Shown piece by piece: positions 17,229 through 26,681 of a stretch of 64,000 nucleotides of DNA. The stretch is from an uncultured Methanosarcinales archaeon (GTDB lineage Archaea; Nanobdellota; Nanobdellia; Woesearchaeales; GW2011-AR9). The stretch is taken from contig CAZKIP010000007.1 of assembly GCA_964552945.1 (NCBI GenBank), positions 745-64,744 on the forward strand, given 5' to 3'. A program made the position numbers and the translations under genes. How positions within the stretch are numbered: the first letter of the stretch is position 1; each line of letters starts with the position of its first letter. Below the pieces are notes generated by a model that saw only the letters and a program-made list of their open reading frames with translations, searched no databases and had not been told where the DNA came from.

Positions 17229-17512
17229 TTTAAAACCACCTTACACTCTCCATAAACACATTTAATCTCTCCTTGACCACAATCTGCCGTTTCCGGAACA
17301 CATTCTGTAGTACAAATCATTCCTTTACAATCAGGAGCGTTTTCTTTATTAACTGCATCTTTAGCATGGCAACAAGTTGCCTTTACACAATCTGAATCTA
17401 AGGAACATTTTTTTTCCGGAGCTATTGAAACATTCTCCGTTGTACAAGAAATTAATAAAAAAGAACCAACTAATAAAAACAAAATCATTCCTCTTTTTGA
17501 AACATCCATCAT
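17225..17512 (-). CDS. Small secreted cysteine-rich protein (11 Cys in about 72 mature residues).
   Basis: Signal peptide plus the Cys pattern (CSLDSDC, CC, C..C, C...C). There is a 4-bp overlap with gatD upstream and with the VIT gene downstream. Confidence 0.5.
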   Translation of the reverse strand: MMDVSKRGMILFLLVGSFLLISCTTENVSIAPEKKCSLDSDCVKATCCHAKDAVNKENAPDCKGMICTTECVPETADCGQGEIKCVYGECKVVLK

Positions 17513-18795
17513 TCTACAATATCTTCTTCATAAGATAAACTGTCGTTAATTTCTCCTCTTAAATTTTTCCCAATTAATTTTTCAACTTCCTCTTTTTTAT
17601 AATTGGCTAACAACCAAGATAATTTAACTAAGGTAGTATTGGCTAGCATATCTTTTCCTGAAATAACACCTAATTCCAAAAGATCCCTCCCTTTGTCATA
17701 AACGTTCATGTTAACCCCACCAAAAATACATTGAGTGGTCATTACAACAACACATCCTGAATTGATAACTTTCTTAATAGCAGGATAAATTTTTTCATGG
17801 ATTTTACAAAGTTCATTTGGAACTTGCCCCGGCGTATGTCCTAGGCCAGTTCCTTCGATAACTAACCCTTTGTAACCTTTAAAGAATTCGAATTGTTCAG
17901 GAAACATGTTAACATGAACTTTCAATAAACCAACTTTTTCTTCCAACTTTGGTTTTATTACAAGTTTGTTGTTTTTTGGAAAATCCTTTTGCTCAAAAAC
18001 AACTTTACCATCACTATAACCTACCCTAGCAATGATATTGGTATTTACAGCTTTAAAAGCATCCCTTCTTGAAGAGTGAAGTTTGTACGTTTTTGCTGCA
18101 GGTAGAATTTCTGCAAAGTCATCACTTGAAGAACCATGCATACAAATTGCCACTCCGGAAAAATCTGATTCTGCAATTAATTTAGCTGCACTAATAAGAT
18201 TCATTCCTGCATCACTACTTCCTCTATCCGAAGATCTTTGAGCCCCTACTAAAATAATTGGAATTGGTGAAGATTCTACTATAAAAGAAAGACCTGCTGC
18301 GGCTACAGCCAAATTATCTGTACCTATGCCAATGATAATTCCTTTAACTCCTTTCTTTACATATTTTTCAATGGTTTCCGCTATCAGAGAGATGTGAGCA
18401 AACCTTAGATCATCACTCCACATTTGAGAAATTAATTCTGATTCAACATTGGCTATTTTATTTAGCTCTGGGAACATGGCAAGCAATTCCTCAGGGCCGA
18501 AATTTGAAGTAACTCCTCCAGTTCTATAATCAACCTTAGAAGCGATGGTTCCTCCTGTGTGTAATATGGCTATTGTTGGTAATTCAGGATTTTTTGGAAT
18601 CTCTTGAGAGGTTTTTGTTAGGGGTTTATTTTTTTCAATTATTGTCATTTCTTTAATTTCTTTTTTTGGAAAACCCACGTTGTAGCCATTGTCTAGTTTA
18701 AGTAAGACAACTTCTTTTTTTGGGCTTGGGATTAGAATACCTTCTACTTCTTCCTTCTTGGTAGAAATTTTAACTTTATCTCCTGGTTCGGACAT
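17509..18795 (-). CDS. gatD: Glutamyl-tRNA(Gln) amidotransferase subunit D (GatD).
   Basis: The archaeal GatD N-terminal domain is GDKVKISTKKEEVEGILIPS...LKLDNGYNVGF. The asparaginase-type motifs are ILHTGGTIASKV and LVGAQRSSDRGSSDAGMNL. The size is 428 aa. Confidence 0.8.
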   Translation of the reverse strand: MSEPGDKVKISTKKEEVEGILIPSPKKEVVLLKLDNGYNVGFPKKEIKEMTIIEKNKPLTKTSQEIPKNPELPTIAILHTGGTIASKVDYRTGGVTSNFGPEELLAMFPELNKIANVESELISQMWSDDLRFAHISLIAETIEKYVKKGVKGIIIGIGTDNLAVAAAGLSFIVESSPIPIILVGAQRSSDRGSSDAGMNLISAAKLIAESDFSGVAICMHGSSSDDFAEILPAAKTYKLHSSRRDAFKAVNTNIIARVGYSDGKVVFEQKDFPKNNKLVIKPKLEEKVGLLKVHVNMFPEQFEFFKGYKGLVIEGTGLGHTPGQVPNELCKIHEKIYPAIKKVINSGCVVVMTTQCIFGGVNMNVYDKGRDLLELGVISGKDMLANTTLVKLSWLLANYKKEEVEKLIGKNLRGEINDSLSYEEDIVE

Positions 18796-18915
18796 GTTAG
18801 TTTAGAAATTACTTTAATATATATAGGTTTTGCTAGTGTGTTAATAGTCTTTCTGTAGGAGGGGTTTGTTTATTGTACTGAAAGATTGTTTAGAAACTAA
18901 AAAAGGGAGATATGT

Positions 18916-19197
18916 TTAACCAATATAGGGAAGCAGATCTTTTCCATAATTATTAATTCTCATTGCAACTGAACGGGTAGTCCATGGAGCTTGTTCAAGT
19001 AAATTAAAATAAGAATCAAATATGGTCTTTCCATATCCAGAAACATGACCTTCTCCAATAGTAATCCAGCAATTTCCACCAAAAGCATCAAGTCGTTCTT
19101 GATCATGATCTCGGGGAGGTTCATATCTTGAAAGTTTTTTTCTATTAACATACCCCTCCCAAAATGGTTTCGTTAGATTTACAATCAATTCAAGCAT
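18916..19197 (-). CDS. Hypothetical protein.
   Basis: ORF only. Confidence 0.3.
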   Translation of the reverse strand: MLELIVNLTKPFWEGYVNRKKLSRYEPPRDHDQERLDAFGGNCWITIGEGHVSGYGKTIFDSYFNLLEQAPWTTRSVAMRINNYGKDLLPYIG

Positions 19198-19327
19198 ATT
19201 ATTATATTGAGTTAAATATTATATAAATTCTCCTAAACACTCCTCCCCCTCCTCAATTTCCACAACCAGTTCCTAAAACTTTATAAATATTCTACTTCCT
19301 CAGCAAAGCAAATAGAGGTAATACAAA

Positions 19328-20734
19328 ATGGAAACAACTAACGACTACAAAGTAAAAGATATCACCCTAGCAGACTGGGGAAAGAAGGAAATTAAAATCG
19401 CTGAAAAAGAAATGCCAGGACTAATGGCTCTTCAAGAGAAATATAAAAACCAACCACTCAAAGGAGCAAAAATTATGGGCTCCCTTCACATGACCATCCA
19501 AACAGCAGTCCTAATAGAAACCTTAGTGAAACTGGGAGCGGAAGTTAGGTGGGCTTCCTGTAACATTTTCTCAACGCAAGATCATGCCGCAGCAGCCATA
19601 GCCGCTCAAAACATCCCGGTCTTCGCTTGGAAAGGAGAAACATTGAAAGAATACTGGTGGTGTACCAAACAAGCTTTAACCTTCCCAGATGGTTCCGGTC
19701 CAGACTTAATTGTAGATGATGGCGGAGATGCTACAATGATGATTCATAAAGGAACTGAAATTGAAAGTGACCCTGAACTTCTAGAGAAAGATTACAGCAA
19801 AGAAGGAGAGGATTTCAGAGAATTAATTTTATCATTAAAAGAAACTTTTCAAGAAAATAAAGATAAGTGGAAAAAGGTAGCTGAGAAAGTTAAAGGAGTT
19901 TCTGAAGAAACAACAACAGGAGTGCATAGATTGTACCAAATGCATGAACAAGGAAAACTCTTGTTCCCAGCAATTAATGTAAATGACTCTGTTACCAAAT
20001 CAAAATTTGATAATTTATATGGGTGTAGAGAATCTCTTGTAGATGGAATTAAAAGAGCTACAGATGTCATGCTAGCAGGAAAAGTAGCTGTTGTAGCTGG
20101 TTATGGAGATGTGGGAAAAGGTTGTGCTCAATCTTTGAAAGGGTATGGATGCAGAGTTATCATAACTGAGATAGATCCAATCAATGCTTTGCAAGCAGCC
20201 ATGGAAGGGTTTGAAGTTAAGAAAATGGACTCAGCTGTTAAAGAAGGAGACCTTTTTGTAACCACTACTGGAAACACTGACATTATTGTTCAAAAACATT
20301 TCGAAGCTATGAAAGATCAAGCCATCGTTTCTAACATTGGACATTTTGATAACGAAATTGATATGGATTGGTTGGATAACAAATCTGGCGCAGTTATGGA
20401 GGAGATAAAACCACAGTATGATAAGTACACTCTTAACGGAAAAGAGATTTATATTCTTGCAAAAGGAAGACTTGTCAATTTAGGTTGTGCTACTGGTCAC
20501 CCAAGTTTTGTAATGAGTAACTCCTTTACTAATCAAGTTTTGGCTCAGATAAAATTGTGGGAGAACAAACATGAAGTAGGCGTTACAGTTCTACCAAAAG
20601 AATTAGATGAAGAAGTTGCTAGGTTACATCTTGAAAAAATAGGTGTTGAATTAGAAGAACTTACCGATAAACAAGCTGCTTACTTAGGGATTAAAAAAGA
20701 AGGTCCTTACAAAGCAGAACATTATAGATATTAG
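19328..20734 (+). CDS. ahcY: S-adenosyl-L-homocysteine hydrolase, long form with the roughly 40-aa insertion typical of bacterial and plant enzymes.
   Basis: [19 protein letters not shown], the NAD-binding [13 protein letters not shown], and the insertion segment between HKGTEIE and [10 protein letters not shown]. The size is 468 aa. Confidence 0.9.
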   Translation: METTNDYKVKDITLADWGKKEIKIAEKEMPGLMALQEKYKNQPLKGAKIMGSLHMTIQTAVLIETLVKLGAEVRWASCNIFSTQDHAAAAIAAQNIPVFAWKGETLKEYWWCTKQALTFPDGSGPDLIVDDGGDATMMIHKGTEIESDPELLEKDYSKEGEDFRELILSLKETFQENKDKWKKVAEKVKGVSEETTTGVHRLYQMHEQGKLLFPAINVNDSVTKSKFDNLYGCRESLVDGIKRATDVMLAGKVAVVAGYGDVGKGCAQSLKGYGCRVIITEIDPINALQAAMEGFEVKKMDSAVKEGDLFVTTTGNTDIIVQKHFEAMKDQAIVSNIGHFDNEIDMDWLDNKSGAVMEEIKPQYDKYTLNGKEIYILAKGRLVNLGCATGHPSFVMSNSFTNQVLAQIKLWENKHEVGVTVLPKELDEEVARLHLEKIGVELEELTDKQAAYLGIKKEGPYKAEHYRY

Positions 20735-20744
20735 AGGTATAAAG

Positions 20745-22043
20745 ATGAAAATTGGAATTATTGGCGGATCTGGATTATACAAAATTGATGAATTAGAAAA
20801 TTCTAAAGACATAGAAGTTAATACCAAATATGGTACACCTTCTTCACTTTTAAAAGTTGGAACAATTAAAGGAATAGAAGTAGCGTTCATTGCTAGACAT
20901 GGAAGAGAACATACAATTCCTCCATCTAAAGTTAACAATAGGGCCAATATACAAGCTCTAAAAGATTTTGGTTGCACCCATATCTTGGCTACAACCGCTT
21001 GTGGAAGTTTGAAAAAAGAAATTGGAAGAGGCCATTTAGTTATCCTAGACCAATTCATCGATTTTACTCGACATAGAAACATTACTTTTTACGATGAATT
21101 CAAACCAGGAGAACACGGGCACACACCCATGGCAACACCTTTCGCAGAAGAATTAAGAGAACTATTAATTCAAAGTTGTGAAGAACTAAATTTAGAATTT
21201 CATAAAAAAGGAACAGTAGTTACAATTGAAGGTCCTCGTTTCTCCACAAAGGCTGAAAGTAAAATGTTTGGTTTATGGGGTGCAGATGTGATAAACATGT
21301 CCATTGCTCCTGAGACAGCTCTCGCTAACGAATTAAAAATACCTTATGCAGCTGTAGCCATGAGCACCGATTACGATTGTTTGTTTGACGACGTTCCTCC
21401 AGTAACTCATGAAGAAGTTATGAAAGTTTTCAGTGAAAATGTGAGTAAGGTAATTAATTTGCTTGTAAAAACTATTCCTAAAATTTCTTTGGAAACTATT
21501 GAGGAAAATGAAGAGGAGTATTACGATTTGAAAAGTTCCATCAGAACAATTCCTAACTGGCCCAAGGAAGGAGTAATGTTTAGAGATATTACAACCTTGA
21601 TAAGTAACCCAGAAGCTTTCAGTTATTCCATCAAAAAATTAAAAGAACAATATCAAAATAAAAACATTACAAAAATTGCGGGGATTGAATCGAGAGGATT
21701 TATTTTCGGCGCTCCCTTAGCTAAGGAAATGGGCATCCCTTTTATTCTAATTAGAAAGAAAGGAAAACTTCCTTCTGAAACTGTTTCTCAAGAATATGAA
21801 TTAGAGTATGGAACTGATGTAATAGAATTACATAAGGACGCAGTTTCTCCTGCAGATAACGTTTTAATTGTAGATGATTTATTGGCAACCGGAGGAACTA
21901 TGAAAGCTGCTTGTCAACTTGTGGAGAAATTGCAAGGAAAAGTTGCAGGGTTATCTGTTGTCATAGATCTTCCAGATTTGAAAGGCAAAGAAAAATTAGC
22001 CAATTATGAGATATTTAGTTTAGTAGAATTTGCAGGAGAATGA
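20745..22043 (+). CDS. Fusion protein: 5'-methylthioadenosine (purine nucleoside) phosphorylase N-terminal domain plus adenine phosphoribosyltransferase C-terminal domain.
   Basis: The N-terminal half (MKIGIIGGSGLY..ARHGREHTIPPSKVNNRANIQALKDFGCTHILATTACGSL) aligns with MTAP. The C-terminal half (NWPKEGVMFRDITTL...VLIVDDLLATGGTMKAA) is a canonical APRT PRPP-binding domain. The ORF is continuous over 432 aa. Confidence 0.85.
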   Translation: MKIGIIGGSGLYKIDELENSKDIEVNTKYGTPSSLLKVGTIKGIEVAFIARHGREHTIPPSKVNNRANIQALKDFGCTHILATTACGSLKKEIGRGHLVILDQFIDFTRHRNITFYDEFKPGEHGHTPMATPFAEELRELLIQSCEELNLEFHKKGTVVTIEGPRFSTKAESKMFGLWGADVINMSIAPETALANELKIPYAAVAMSTDYDCLFDDVPPVTHEEVMKVFSENVSKVINLLVKTIPKISLETIEENEEEYYDLKSSIRTIPNWPKEGVMFRDITTLISNPEAFSYSIKKLKEQYQNKNITKIAGIESRGFIFGAPLAKEMGIPFILIRKKGKLPSETVSQEYELEYGTDVIELHKDAVSPADNVLIVDDLLATGGTMKAACQLVEKLQGKVAGLSVVIDLPDLKGKEKLANYEIFSLVEFAGE

Positions 22044-22091
22044 TAACAATTTTTTCTTAAATTTTATTAACTCTAAGAGTTTAACTAAACC

Positions 22092-22649
22092 ATGATAACA
22101 GAAGTGTATGCAGGTACTAGAAAAGAATGGAGAGGGTGGCTTAGGAAAAATCATAAAAAAGAATCTAAGGTTTATCTTATAAAATATAAAAAACATACTG
22201 GAAAACCTTCTTTAAACAACAAAGAAGCTATGGCGGAAGCTATTTCTTTTGGATGGATTGATACAACCATTAAGCGCTTAGATAATGAACGTTATAGACA
22301 ATGTTTTGTTAAAAGAAAAAAAAGTAGTAAGTGGAGTAACAATACTCTTCGTTATGCAAGAGAACAAATTGCAAAAAAAAGAATGTCAAAGTTTGGTATG
22401 GAGATGTATGAACTTGGAAAATCTAAACCAACTATAGATCATAATCTTCCTAAGAATCCAGAGATACCTTCTGAATTGCTTAAAGAATTGAAAAGAGAAA
22501 AAGCATTGGATAATTTTAATAAACTTGCTCCATCTTACAGAAGATTATACATTTATCAAGTTATTAAAGCTAAGAAACCTGAAACAATAAAAAAATGGAT
22601 TACGTTGGTAGTAAATAAAGTTAAAGAAAATAAAAAACCGCACGAATAA
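22092..22649 (+). CDS. YdeI/DUF1801-like protein (possible).
   Basis: The KEWRGWLRKNHKK...VYL..K and AISFGWID patterns resemble the YdeI/OmpD-associated family. The match is weak. Confidence 0.4.
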   Translation: MITEVYAGTRKEWRGWLRKNHKKESKVYLIKYKKHTGKPSLNNKEAMAEAISFGWIDTTIKRLDNERYRQCFVKRKKSSKWSNNTLRYAREQIAKKRMSKFGMEMYELGKSKPTIDHNLPKNPEIPSELLKELKREKALDNFNKLAPSYRRLYIYQVIKAKKPETIKKWITLVVNKVKENKKPHE

Positions 22650-22654
22650 AAAAG

Positions 22655-23689
22655 TTATTTACTAACTTTCTCAATAGCTTTCCTAATCTCTTCCTCGGCA
22701 GTGAGAGGTTTCTTCTTACCAACTTCCATCTTTGGAGCAACAACAACAGGAGAAGTAGTTTCTTTCTTTTCTTTATGAGAAATTTTCCATGTTTTATCTT
22801 TTATTTTTCCAATAACAGAATCTAAATCGTAACTTGGAGGCTCTGGTTTCCACAATAAAGTTTCATTCAATCCATCTTCTTGAGATCTGGGTAAAACATG
22901 AATTGACAAAGTCCCATCTGGGTTATCATCAGATTTCCCTGACTTAAGAATAATGTTAGTTCCTTGAACTCCCAATCCTTCAAAAACAGCTGTAGCAGCA
23001 AATGAAGCTACAAAAAAAAGATGGCTGGCACTTTCTACAGAAAGTTTGTCAACATTTTCTTCTTCTTTGGAATATATTTCCATGTGACCTTTGACAACAC
23101 CTTTCTCTGGAAGAATGCAAAGAGCTTTTTCATCTTCATAGATTACTTTACCTTTTTTATCAGATAAAAAATCTGGTCTCTCTCCCTTACCTTGATGCCA
23201 AGAAGCGGGATTTCTTCCGAAATGATTATTCATCATTATTGGCATATTGTTTGCCAACATATTTTGTTGTTCAGTTGTTAAGGATTCCTTTCTTTTATTT
23301 AACCAGAAATTGAAAAAACCATCTCCCTTCTCTCTAGGGAAAAAGTGAATTAAAAAGTGAGGTGATTGTTGTCCAGCAACTCCGCCATTGGCAACAAAAA
23401 CGTTTATTCCTGTCGAAACCATCCCATCTTTTATTGCTTTTGAAAGACCTGGAATCATTCCAAAATAATGTTTAAATTCATCTGCAGGAATGTAAGGCAT
23501 GATTGGATAATGTTCTTTAAGCATTACAATTGTATGTCCCTTTATAGCGGGATAGATGTCAAGAACTGCTAGAACTTTATCATCTTCAAAAACTTTTTTT
23601 CCTTCCATCTCTCCGGAGATGATTTTACAAAAGATACATTGCTTCTTTTGTTCAGCTAGTTGGGCTTTTATCTCTGGTGTTAGTTGCAT
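22655..23689 (-). CDS. Tandem HIT-like (histidine triad superfamily) protein with a degenerate triad.
   Basis: The first domain begins CIFCKIISGE...DIYPAIKGHTIVMLKEH like Hint, but the triad region is SPHFLIHFFPR with the middle His replaced. The second half repeats the fold and ends LSIHVLPR. Confidence 0.55.
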   Translation of the reverse strand: MQLTPEIKAQLAEQKKQCIFCKIISGEMEGKKVFEDDKVLAVLDIYPAIKGHTIVMLKEHYPIMPYIPADEFKHYFGMIPGLSKAIKDGMVSTGINVFVANGGVAGQQSPHFLIHFFPREKGDGFFNFWLNKRKESLTTEQQNMLANNMPIMMNNHFGRNPASWHQGKGERPDFLSDKKGKVIYEDEKALCILPEKGVVKGHMEIYSKEEENVDKLSVESASHLFFVASFAATAVFEGLGVQGTNIILKSGKSDDNPDGTLSIHVLPRSQEDGLNETLLWKPEPPSYDLDSVIGKIKDKTWKISHKEKKETTSPVVVAPKMEVGKKKPLTAEEEIRKAIEKVSK

Positions 23690-23827
23690 ATTGGAGTTGA
23701 AAGTGTAATTATTTAAAAATCCTCCCTTTGATTTTTTTGAGGGGCGAGTTATTTATAGTTTTTAGGGGTCTTTTGTTTATACATTCAAAAAACGGAGGAT
23801 TTTTTAAAATATTTAAAATGGCTTAGC

Positions 23828-24058
23828 TTACTTCAATGGAACCTCTCTTTCAACAATAACTAAACTTTCTAAATTAACAAAGCCTCCATCACCACAGTTA
23901 AACTTCCTTTTTAATCCTACTGCTTCTTCTTTAGCTTTTACATCGTTGGGACTTTGAAACTTTTCAATAGCTATTGAATAGTGGCTCCCTCCAAGTATAT
24001 CTCCATACCTACCTTTATCTTGGTTACAAATAAGATACGTTGCCATGTAATCTGCCAT
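23828..24058 (-). CDS. Hypothetical small protein.
   Basis: ORF only. Confidence 0.3.
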   Translation of the reverse strand: MADYMATYLICNQDKGRYGDILGGSHYSIAIEKFQSPNDVKAKEEAVGLKRKFNCGDGGFVNLESLVIVEREVPLK

Positions 24059-24273
24059 ATTTCATTTAGAAGCATAAATTTAATATGTCTTTCTTTTTTT
24101 TAATATATACTTTCAAAACTATTTACTATTACAAAACTTAGTTTTTTCCAATAATTTTATTCTATATTAAAATTAAAAGATACAATGAAAAGTTCTTAAA
24201 TGCTTGTTTCTTAGGATCACAAATAACCCTCGGTTTATTCCCCTCTTTCCAAAATTGAACAATCCTCCCCCAC

Positions 24274-24702
24274 TCACTTCTTATTCAAGAAAGGGAAATA
24301 GCCTCCAACAAAACTAGCCATAACAAGTTGATAAAATTGGTTAATCTTTTTAGAATTCTGCTTATTATACATTACAACATCATCACCTGTCTGGAACCAA
24401 GCAAAATCCTTCCTCCCTATTCCATCTAATCCAGAATCTCTAAAATAAGCGGAAGGTTGTTTCCCCGGCCGTCTAATTGAAACTTTCAAAATTTTTCCAC
24501 TAACTTGTAAATCGTAATCCCAAGCAGGAATTCTTTTCTTAATCCTTTCATCATCAGATCTCGGTTTGTAAACCAACCTCCCTTCTTTACCATCTCGCTT
24601 AACTATTTTTACTGCCTCTCCAACATAATCTCTAGGACTGGCAAAAGAAGGAGTGGATAATAGAAGACCACATAATGTAGTTGCAATAGCAGTTCTAAAC
24701 AT
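24274..24702 (-). CDS. Secreted hypothetical protein.
   Basis: Signal peptide MFRTAIATTLCGLLLSTPSFA. The composition is less Lys/Ile-rich than in neighbouring genes. Confidence 0.4.
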   Translation of the reverse strand: MFRTAIATTLCGLLLSTPSFASPRDYVGEAVKIVKRDGKEGRLVYKPRSDDERIKKRIPAWDYDLQVSGKILKVSIRRPGKQPSAYFRDSGLDGIGRKDFAWFQTGDDVVMYNKQNSKKINQFYQLVMASFVGGYFPFLNKK

Positions 24703-24734
24703 TTAATCTTAAAAAATAACCATACTTAAAAATC

Positions 24735-25328
24735 CTACTTCCTTTTTCTAGCCAATAATTTACTCAAAGCTTTCTCAAGTTCTACCATCTCCTTAGAACT
24801 AAAATCAACCCCACCAGTCTCAGCAATAAACCCAGCTTTCTCCCTAGCAAAATCTGCTTCAACTTTCAAAGAGATCCTTCTTGAATCATAAGATCTGCCC
24901 AAACCTTTTCCAGCAATTTTTGCATCAAAATAAGGAGTTCTCACCAATAGAGAATGTAATCCTTCCACATCTGTAGTAGCTAAATATTCGGTTAAAGAAT
25001 CATTAAAAGGAAAAACATCAACTCCATTTACTAAATCAAAGGCTCTAACCTCGGTTCTAGGATTAGAATTTGGTGAAACAACATCATAAAATAATCTGGC
25101 AGATGCATTCAAAAAATCCCTTACTCCTAATCCAGCATCCCAAATAAGTTTGTAAGCACCCATAGAAACATTTCCCATGCCAACAAACCTCTCACCATTT
25201 ACTTTAAGAAAAAATCTTCCTTGGTTGGTTAAAACTAAATCGTAAGGATCTGAAGAACCTAAATCGTACTCAAAAATAGGGGAGCTACTAGAATCTTCAT
25301 ATATTCTTTGACATATCTTATTAGCCAT
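24735..25328 (-). CDS. Hypothetical protein.
   Basis: ORF only. The composition is atypical for this region. Confidence 0.4.
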   Translation of the reverse strand: MANKICQRIYEDSSSSPIFEYDLGSSDPYDLVLTNQGRFFLKVNGERFVGMGNVSMGAYKLIWDAGLGVRDFLNASARLFYDVVSPNSNPRTEVRAFDLVNGVDVFPFNDSLTEYLATTDVEGLHSLLVRTPYFDAKIAGKGLGRSYDSRRISLKVEADFAREKAGFIAETGGVDFSSKEMVELEKALSKLLARKRK

Positions 25329-25366
25329 AATCTAAGAACACCTAACGCCTTATAAAAAAAATAAAA

Positions 25367-26290
25367 TTATTTTTTCTTACTTTTTTCAACTTGTTTAGTA
25401 AGCTTTAACTTTTTGATTAGCTCTTTGTATCTATTCCTAATAGTTACTTCGGTAACTCCTGCCACATCGGCAACTTCTCTTTGAGTTCTTTTTTCACCAT
25501 GGATTAATGAAGCCACATAAAGTGCAGCTGCAGCAATACCTGTTGGACCCCTTCCTGAAGTTAATTCAATGTCTCGGGCCATTTCAAGTATTTCTACAGA
25601 TTTAGATTGAGTTTCAGCAGATAATTTCAAAGCTGAGGCAAATCTAGGGATATAATCTGCTGGATTTGAAGGTTTTATACTAATTCCAAGTTCTCTGGTA
25701 ACAAATCTATAAGTTCTACCAATTTCCTTTTTCTCAATTCCAGAAGCTTCACCCATTTCATCTAAAGTTCGAGGGATTTCGTGTCTTCTACAAGCAGCAT
25801 ATAAAGCTCCTGCAATAACTGATTCCATTGAACGACCTCTAACTAAACCCTTCTGAACTGCTAAACGATATATTCGAGCTGCTTCTTCTTCAACTGATCT
25901 TGGCAATCTTAAAAATGAGCTAACTCTCTTTAATTCTGCTAAAGCTACCTTTAAATTTCTCTCAATAGCTGTGCTAATTCTAATATTCCATTTTCTTAAT
26001 CGAAAGAACTTATCTCTTTCCCTATCAGAACCAACTTTATAGATATCGGCAGTGGTTCCTACTTCAGTGCCTAAACCCTTATCAAAGGACGTATGGGAAG
26101 ATGGTGCCCCAGTTCTTCTCCTATCTGCTCCTTTATCATCTTCAAAACTTCGCCATTCTTGCGAGAAATCAACCATTCTATCTTCAATTACTAAACCGCA
26201 AGTTCTACAAATAGTCTCGCCTTTCTCGACATTTCTAAAAATGTCTTTACTTCCACATTCAGTACATTCTTTTAAGGTTTTTCGTAACAT
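25367..26290 (-). CDS. tfb: Transcription initiation factor IIB (TFB).
   Basis: N-terminal Zn ribbon CTECGS...CRTCG, two cyclin-fold repeats, and the C-terminal segment TIRNRYKEL. The start was reassigned to the ATG at 26290, which is preceded by GGAG. The track's TTG at 26317 is unlikely. Confidence 0.9.
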   Translation of the reverse strand: MLRKTLKECTECGSKDIFRNVEKGETICRTCGLVIEDRMVDFSQEWRSFEDDKGADRRRTGAPSSHTSFDKGLGTEVGTTADIYKVGSDRERDKFFRLRKWNIRISTAIERNLKVALAELKRVSSFLRLPRSVEEEAARIYRLAVQKGLVRGRSMESVIAGALYAACRRHEIPRTLDEMGEASGIEKKEIGRTYRFVTRELGISIKPSNPADYIPRFASALKLSAETQSKSVEILEMARDIELTSGRGPTGIAAAALYVASLIHGEKRTQREVADVAGVTEVTIRNRYKELIKKLKLTKQVEKSKKK

Positions 26291-26326
26291 CTTTATTTCT
26301 CCAGAATCCACCACCAAATAGTTAAA

Positions 26327-26337
26327 TTTATATATAA
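26327..26337 (-). promoter_or_regulatory. TATA box candidate for tfb.
   Basis: AATTTATATATAATT lies about 40 nt upstream of the tfb ATG, with GGAG 9-12 nt before the ATG. Confidence 0.35.
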
Positions 26338-26414
26338 TTTGCGGAGAGGGTTTATAAACCTTTCGCTTTTTTTGATATAGAAAGCTTTATAAATCATAAA
26401 AATGTTCTCAAAGT

Positions 26415-26567
26415 ATGAATAAAAGAGGTCAATTAGGTTGGATTGAATTTAAATATTTTCTAGCCGGTTTGGTTATTGGAATAATTTTACTACTTGTAGT
26501 AATATATCTAAGCAATCAAGGAGTAATTCCTTTCAAGATACCTTTAATCTGTCCGCTCGCTAAATAA
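26415..26567 (+). CDS. Possible 50-aa small membrane protein.
   Basis: ATG...TAA ORF encoding MNKRGQLGWIEFKYFLAGLVIGIILLLVVIYLSNQGVIPFKIPLICPLAK with one TM helix. It was not in the supplied track (under 60 aa). Confidence 0.25.
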   Translation: MNKRGQLGWIEFKYFLAGLVIGIILLLVVIYLSNQGVIPFKIPLICPLAK

Positions 26568-26681
26568 TAATTTGTTTGTTTTTTCTTTATTAATTTTTAA
26601 CACTACTTATTCTGCAGAATAGAAAAAGTTAATAAGAACTATTTAAACTTGTTAAGAACAAAATATTAAAGAGGTAACAGG

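Noticed and set aside
24059-24273. An AT-rich 215-bp intergenic region, considered for an ncRNA or mobile-element remnant.
   Set aside because: There are no inverted repeats, no GC-rich stems and no ORF. It looks like ordinary promoter and terminator spacer.
25367-26317. Track start for TFB at 26317 (TTG).
   Set aside because: The in-frame ATG at 26290 is preceded by GGAG at -9 to -12 and gives the canonical N-terminal Zn ribbon. The longer N-terminus is unsupported.
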